From positions 1 to 60,360 of the forward strand of contig JAZNFW010000116.1 in NCBI GenBank assembly GCA_045576175.1: DNA of 60,360 nucleotides, read 5' to 3'. Origin of the DNA: Clostridia bacterium (GTDB taxonomy: Bacteria; Bacillota; Clostridia; UMGS1810). This document shows, piece after piece, positions 55,715-60,360 of the stretch. The notes beneath the pieces were generated by a model. The model did not search any database. It saw nothing but the letters and a program-made list of their open reading frames with translations, and was not told the DNA's origin. The stretch's first letter is position 1; each line of letters starts with the position of its first letter. Both the position numbers and the translations under genes were made by a program.

Positions 55715-57484
55715 ATGTTTCCAAAAATTGGTATAAGACCTACCATAGACGGTAGAAGAGGTCCTTTAAAGGTTAGAGAATCCTTAGAAGACCAGACAAT
55801 GAATATGGCGAAAGCCGCTAAGAAGCTCTTCGAAGAGAATCTTAAGTATTCAAATGGTCAGCCCGTAGAGGTTGTAATTGCAGACACAACTATAGGCCGT
55901 GTTGCAGAAGCTGCAGCTTGTGCAGAAAAGTTCAAGAGAGAGGGTGTAGAAATCACTCTCACAGTTACTCCCTGCTGGTGCTACGGCTCCGAAACAATGG
56001 ATATGGAAAGAAACACCATTAAGGCTGTTTGGGGCTTCAATGGTACAGAAAGACCTGGTGCGGTTTATCTTGCAGCAGTTCTTGCAGGTCACGCACAGAA
56101 GGGACTTCCCGCTTTTGGTATCTATGGTCACGATGTTCAGGATGCTACAGACACATCCATCCCCGCAGATGTTGAAGAAAAGCTCTTAAGATTTGGCCGT
56201 GCGGCTGTTGCGGCAGCTTCCATGAGAGGTAAGTCCTATCTCCAGATAGGTTCCATCTGTATGGGTATTGCAGGCTCTATCATAGACACAGCATTTATCG
56301 AAGATTACTTTGGTATGCGTGTTGAGTCTGTAGACGAGGTAGAAGTTATCAGAAGAATGTCAGAGGGTATCTATGACGAAGCTGAATACCAGAAAGCACT
56401 TAAGTGGGCAAAAGAAAAGTGCAAGATGGGCTTCGACAAGAACCCTGTAGATATGCAGAAATCCGATGAGGAAAAAGAAAAGCAGTTCGAATTCGTTGTT
56501 AAGATGGCTTGCATCATAAAAGACCTTATGAACGGCAACCCCAACCTCCCCGAAGGCTGCGAGGAAGAAATGGTTGGTCACAACGCAATCGCAGCAGGCT
56601 TCCAGGGTCAGAGACAGTGGACAGACTTCTATCCCAACTGCGACTTCCCCGAGGCTATGCTTAATACCACATTCGACTGGAACGGTGCAAGAGAGCCAAT
56701 GATTCTTGCAACCGAAAATGATGTACTTAACGCATTTGGTATGCTCTTTGGTAAGCTCCTTACAAACAGAGCACAGATGTTTGCAGATGTTAGAACATAC
56801 TGGAGCGGCGACGCTGTTAAGAAAGCTACAGGCTACGAAATAGAAGGTAAGGCAAAAGAAGCAGACGGCTTTATTCACCTTATCAACTCCGGTGCTTGCT
56901 GTCTTGATGCAAACGGTGCTGCAAAGGATGAAAACGGCAACGGCGTTATGAAGCCCTGGTACGAAGTAACAGAGGCAGACCAGGATGCTATTATGGAAAA
57001 CACAACCTGGAACATGGCAGACCTTGGCTACTTTAGAGGTGGCGGCTTCTCTTCCAGATTCTTAACAAAAGCACAGATGCCTGCTACAATGATAAGATTA
57101 AATCTTGTAAAAGGCTTAGGTCCTGTACTCCAGATTGCAGAAGGTTGGACAATAGACCTTCCCGACGAAGTTTCCGATAAGCTCTGGGCTCGTACAGACT
57201 ACACATGGCCTTGCACATGGTTTGCTCCCAGATGCACAGGCGAAGGTGCTTTCAAGACAGCATACGATGTAATGAACAACTGGGGTGCTAACCACGGTGC
57301 TATAAGCTATGGCCACATCGGTGCAGACCTTATTACACTTTGCTCAATCCTTAGAATCCCTGTATGTATGCATAATGTTCCCGAAGACAAAATCTTTAGA
57401 CCCAGTGCATGGAATGCATTCGGTATGGATAAGGAAAGCGCAGATTACAGAGCTTGCCAGACATACGGACCTCTCTTTAGATAA
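55715..57484 (+). CDS. fucI: L-fucose isomerase
   Basis: 589 aa. The N-terminus [30 protein letters not shown] and the overall length are characteristic of FucI. Confidence 0.85.
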   Translation: MFPKIGIRPTIDGRRGPLKVRESLEDQTMNMAKAAKKLFEENLKYSNGQPVEVVIADTTIGRVAEAAACAEKFKREGVEITLTVTPCWCYGSETMDMERNTIKAVWGFNGTERPGAVYLAAVLAGHAQKGLPAFGIYGHDVQDATDTSIPADVEEKLLRFGRAAVAAASMRGKSYLQIGSICMGIAGSIIDTAFIEDYFGMRVESVDEVEVIRRMSEGIYDEAEYQKALKWAKEKCKMGFDKNPVDMQKSDEEKEKQFEFVVKMACIIKDLMNGNPNLPEGCEEEMVGHNAIAAGFQGQRQWTDFYPNCDFPEAMLNTTFDWNGAREPMILATENDVLNAFGMLFGKLLTNRAQMFADVRTYWSGDAVKKATGYEIEGKAKEADGFIHLINSGACCLDANGAAKDENGNGVMKPWYEVTEADQDAIMENTTWNMADLGYFRGGGFSSRFLTKAQMPATMIRLNLVKGLGPVLQIAEGWTIDLPDEVSDKLWARTDYTWPCTWFAPRCTGEGAFKTAYDVMNNWGANHGAISYGHIGADLITLCSILRIPVCMHNVPEDKIFRPSAWNAFGMDKESADYRACQTYGPLFR

Positions 57485-57500
57485 TTCTGTAAATACAAAA

Positions 57501-57533
57501 ACAGCTTTTGCGAAATGCAAAAGCTGTTTTTTT
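57501..57533. terminator. Bidirectional terminator between fucI (+) and the MATE gene (-)
   Basis: ACAGCTTTTGC-gaaat-GCAAAAGCTGT followed by TTTTTT, with an A-run upstream for the opposite strand. Confidence 0.85.
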
Positions 57534-57548
57534 GTGCGGTAAACCAAT

Positions 57549-58877
57549 TTAATAGTTGTACTTTTTGCGTTTTATTATCATAAATATAACAGACATTACA
57601 ACAGACATAAATTCTGCCACGATTATCGAGAGCCATATTCCGTTTATGCCGAATATAATAGGGAGGATAATTACTGCTGCCACCTGGAATATCATTGTGC
57701 GGACAAAAGATATTAAAGCAGAGGTCAAGCCGTCGTTTAACGCTGTAAAAAATCCCGATGCAAAAATTGCAAATCCTGTGAAAACGAAAGACAGTATAAA
57801 TATTCTAAATGCTGTGCAGGTCAGCTCCATAAGAGTATTGTCGTATCCCACAAACATCATAGCAAGAGGTTTTGCAATCACCTCACCCAGAATAGTTATA
57901 GATAATGAGGAGGCTCCTATTATAACAATGCTTTTTTTAAGAATTCCCTTAAGCTCTTTGTGGTTTCCCGCGCCGTCATGATAGCTTATAACCGGAGAGG
58001 TTCCCATACTGTAGCCTATAAATATTGCGGCAAAGAAAAGGCTCACATACATGAGAACACCGTAAGCTGCAACTCCGTTTTCTCCTGCATATTTGAGAAG
58101 CTGAATGTTGTAGAGAATACTTACAAGTGACATAGAGATATTGTTCATAAACTCCGAGGAACCGTTTGTGGCCGCCTTAAAAAGAGCTTTGGGGTCTATA
58201 TAAGCCTGCCCAAGTTTAAGAAGACTTGAGTTTTTTCGGGAAAAATATATAATTGGGAGGAAACCTCCTACAAACTGGCTCATCGCAGTTGCAATAGAAG
58301 CTCCGGCAATACCCAGAGGAAACACCGCAACAAGCAGGGCGTCCAAAATGATGTTCGTAACACCCGACATAACAGTTACCCACAGACCGAGCTGGGGTTT
58401 TTCTGCCGCTACAAAAAAGCTCTGGAACAAAAGCTGTAGCACAAAAAAGGGCAAGGAAAAAAGCTGTATCTTTCCGTATAATATGCAAGGCTCAAGTGTT
58501 TCGCCTTCTGCTCCCAAGAGTTGAGATAGGGGGCGGATAAATATTAATCCCAAAATGGCAAGCACAATACCCAGTGCAAAGGATACATACACAAAGAGCG
58601 AAAAATGGCTGTTCGCCTCTTTTGGCTTTCCCTCACCGAATTCCTTTGCCACTACTGCACTTCCGCCTGTTCCGAACATAAAGCCGACAGATGCTATAAT
58701 CATAAGCAGGGGGTAGATGAGATTTATTGCGGCAAATGGAATTTTGCCGGCAAAATTGGACACAAAAAAACCATCCACCACTCCGTATATGGATGTGAAT
58801 ATCATCATCGCAATAGAGGGCAGAGTAAAACGAAAAAGCTTTTTGTATGTAAAATGATCTGAAAGTTGGATATCCAT
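57549..58877 (-). CDS. MATE family efflux transporter
   Basis: 442 aa with 12 predicted TM helices and a typical MATE N-terminus (FTLPSIAMMIFTSIYGVVDGFFVSNF). Confidence 0.8.
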   Translation of the reverse strand: MDIQLSDHFTYKKLFRFTLPSIAMMIFTSIYGVVDGFFVSNFAGKIPFAAINLIYPLLMIIASVGFMFGTGGSAVVAKEFGEGKPKEANSHFSLFVYVSFALGIVLAILGLIFIRPLSQLLGAEGETLEPCILYGKIQLFSLPFFVLQLLFQSFFVAAEKPQLGLWVTVMSGVTNIILDALLVAVFPLGIAGASIATAMSQFVGGFLPIIYFSRKNSSLLKLGQAYIDPKALFKAATNGSSEFMNNISMSLVSILYNIQLLKYAGENGVAAYGVLMYVSLFFAAIFIGYSMGTSPVISYHDGAGNHKELKGILKKSIVIIGASSLSITILGEVIAKPLAMMFVGYDNTLMELTCTAFRIFILSFVFTGFAIFASGFFTALNDGLTSALISFVRTMIFQVAAVIILPIIFGINGIWLSIIVAEFMSVVMSVIFMIIKRKKYNY

Positions 58878-59092
58878 TTTTTGCTCCTTTTTGGTTTTGT
58901 TGGTATTCTAACACACATAGCATTATATTGCAATATAACGGAAAAATTTTTGGTGTGCAGTTGTACACAAAACCCACCATACCAAGAACACACTCTTGCC
59001 GCAAATTACAGCAAATTTTATTGCACATTTGAAGAAATGCACAAAAACTTTCGTAAAAGAGAAAAACAAAAGAGTTTTACAATAATTTTTCT

Positions 59093-59120
59093 TGATTTCT
59101 AAGAAAACAAGTGGTATTAT
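59093..59120 (+). promoter_or_regulatory. Putative promoter of the aminotransferase gene
   Basis: TTGATT (59093-59098), 16 nt, TATTAT (59115-59120) with an extended -10 TGg, 26 nt upstream of the ATG at 59147. Confidence 0.55.
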
Positions 59121-59146
59121 AGACACAGTATTTCGGAGGTGGCAAT

Positions 59147-60360
59147 ATGCGAAATTTTAATAAATCAAAAAAGCTCGACAGTGTTCTTTATGATGTGCGT
59201 GGACCCGTTGTTGAAGCGGCATCGCTTATGGAGGAAGAGGGCGCACAGATTCTTAAGCTGAATATCGGAAACCCTGCACCTTTTGGATTCAAAGCTCCGG
59301 ATGAAGTTATATATGATATGAGAAAGCAGCTTGTTGATTGTGAGGGGTATTCGGATTCCAAGGGTCTGTTTTCTGCCAGAAAAGCAATTATGCAGTACGC
59401 ACAGCTTAGGAATTTTCCAAACACATCAATAGAAGACATATACCTGGGCAACGGCGTGAGCGAGCTTATAAATTTAAGTATGTCTGCACTTTTAAATGAC
59501 GGTGACGAGGTACTGGTACCCATGCCCGATTATCCGCTCTGGACAGCGTGCGTTACCCTTGCGGGGGGTAAGGCTGTTCATTATGTGTGCGATGAAGAGT
59601 CGGACTGGTATCCTGACATTGATGACATAGTAGCCAAAATTACTCCCAAGACAAAAGCAATAGTAATTATAAATCCCAACAATCCCACAGGGGCATTGTA
59701 TGAGAAGGATTTGCTTGTGAAAATTGCAGACATAGCGAGAGAGCACCAGCTTATAATCTTTTCGGACGAAATTTACGACCGACTTGTTATGGACGGTGAA
59801 GAGCATATTTCCATAGCTTCTCTGGCACCGGATCTGTTTTGCGTAACATTTAGCGGTTTGTCCAAGTCTCATATGATTGCAGGCTTCAGAGTAGGGTGGA
59901 TGATACTTAGCGGAAACAAAAAAATTGCAAAAGGTTATATGCAGGGGCTTAATATGCTTGCAAATATGCGTCTGTGCTCCAATGTTCCGGCACAGTCCAT
60001 AGTGCAGACGGCACTTGGAGGTCACCAGAGTGTCAAGGACTATGTTGTTCCCGGCGGAAGACTCTACGAACAGAGAGAGTACATATACAGAGCACTCAAC
60101 GACATCCCCGGAATATCAGCTGTAAAGCCCAAAGCGGCGTTTTATATATTCCCAAAAATAGATGTAAAGAAATTCAATATTACAAACGACGAAAAGTTCG
60201 CTATGGATTTACTTAGGGAAAAGAAAATTCTTCTTATAAACGGCAGAGGCTTCAACTGGAAAGACCCCGACCATTTCAGAGTGGTATATCTTCCCAGAGT
60301 GGAAATACTTGAGGATGCAGTTGGGAAATTAGCAGATTTCCTAAGTACCTACAAGCAAAA
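59147..60360 (+). CDS. AlaA-like class-I pyridoxal-phosphate aminotransferase (3'-truncated by window edge; not in the ORF track)
   Basis: My own translation from ATG 59147 (RBS GGAGGTGG): MRNFNKSKKLDSVLYDVRGPVVEAASLMEEEGAQILKLNIGNPAPFGF... This matches the AlaA/YfbQ N-terminal signature. The frame stays open to nt 60360. Confidence 0.8.
   Translation, partial: MRNFNKSKKLDSVLYDVRGPVVEAASLMEEEGAQILKLNIGNPAPFGFKAPDEVIYDMRKQLVDCEGYSDSKGLFSARKAIMQYAQLRNFPNTSIEDIYLGNGVSELINLSMSALLNDGDEVLVPMPDYPLWTACVTLAGGKAVHYVCDEESDWYPDIDDIVAKITPKTKAIVIINPNNPTGALYEKDLLVKIADIAREHQLIIFSDEIYDRLVMDGEEHISIASLAPDLFCVTFSGLSKSHMIAGFRVGWMILSGNKKIAKGYMQGLNMLANMRLCSNVPAQSIVQTALGGHQSVKDYVVPGGRLYEQREYIYRALNDIPGISAVKPKAAFYIFPKIDVKKFNITNDEKFAMDLLREKKILLINGRGFNWKDPDHFRVVYLPRVEILEDAVGKLADFLSTYKQ

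Noticed and set aside
59188-60025. Two minus-strand ORFs (111 and 177 aa), the only track entries covering the last kilobase
   Set aside because: They are antisense to an AlaA-like aminotransferase that starts at 59147. That gene is missing from the track only because it has no stop codon inside the window.

Overview
This 60,360-nt chromosomal window reads like a low/mid-GC Clostridia-type Firmicute. It has SLH-domain surface proteins, an Rnf complex, NfnAB, YesMN/LplABC-type modules and GGAGG ribosome-binding sites. All family calls come from motifs read in the supplied translations and DNA; no database search was possible. (i) nt 1-37,200 is one long accessory glycan/glycopolymer-utilisation island. 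It holds a tightly packed 5-gene surface operon (three paralogous giant beta-helix proteins, the first cut by the window edge, plus two SLH proteins). Next come a tandem NagZ-like GH3 array (2 intact copies + 1 decayed relic), two cytoplasmic neutral-ceramidase-like amidohydrolases and a TIM-barrel sugar isomerase. A divergently transcribed YesM/YesN-type two-component system with a recognisable operator layout follows, then an LplABC-type ABC importer and an internally duplicated 858-aa secreted protein. The island ends with a PIG-L deacetylase, a beta-lactamase-fold serine hydrolase, a repeat-flanked DUF559 cassette, a DUF4432 epimerase-like protein and two metallophosphoesterases. (ii) nt 37,200-60,360 is core metabolism and housekeeping: gdhA, nfnAB, a PfkB kinase, fucU, pncB-rnfCDGEAB, DUF421/DUF4363, ruvX and DUF1292. 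It also contains a ~200-nt structured RNA that I call 6S RNA, a split TSUP transporter, murD, two M42 peptidases, fucI and a MATE exporter. A 3'-truncated AlaA-like aminotransferase is absent from the ORF track because it has no stop in the window. I saw no rRNA, tRNA, CRISPR array, transposase, integrase or phage gene. The best candidate for something undescribed is the island itself: I do not recognise its enzyme combination as any characterised pathway. Substrate proposals are inference only.
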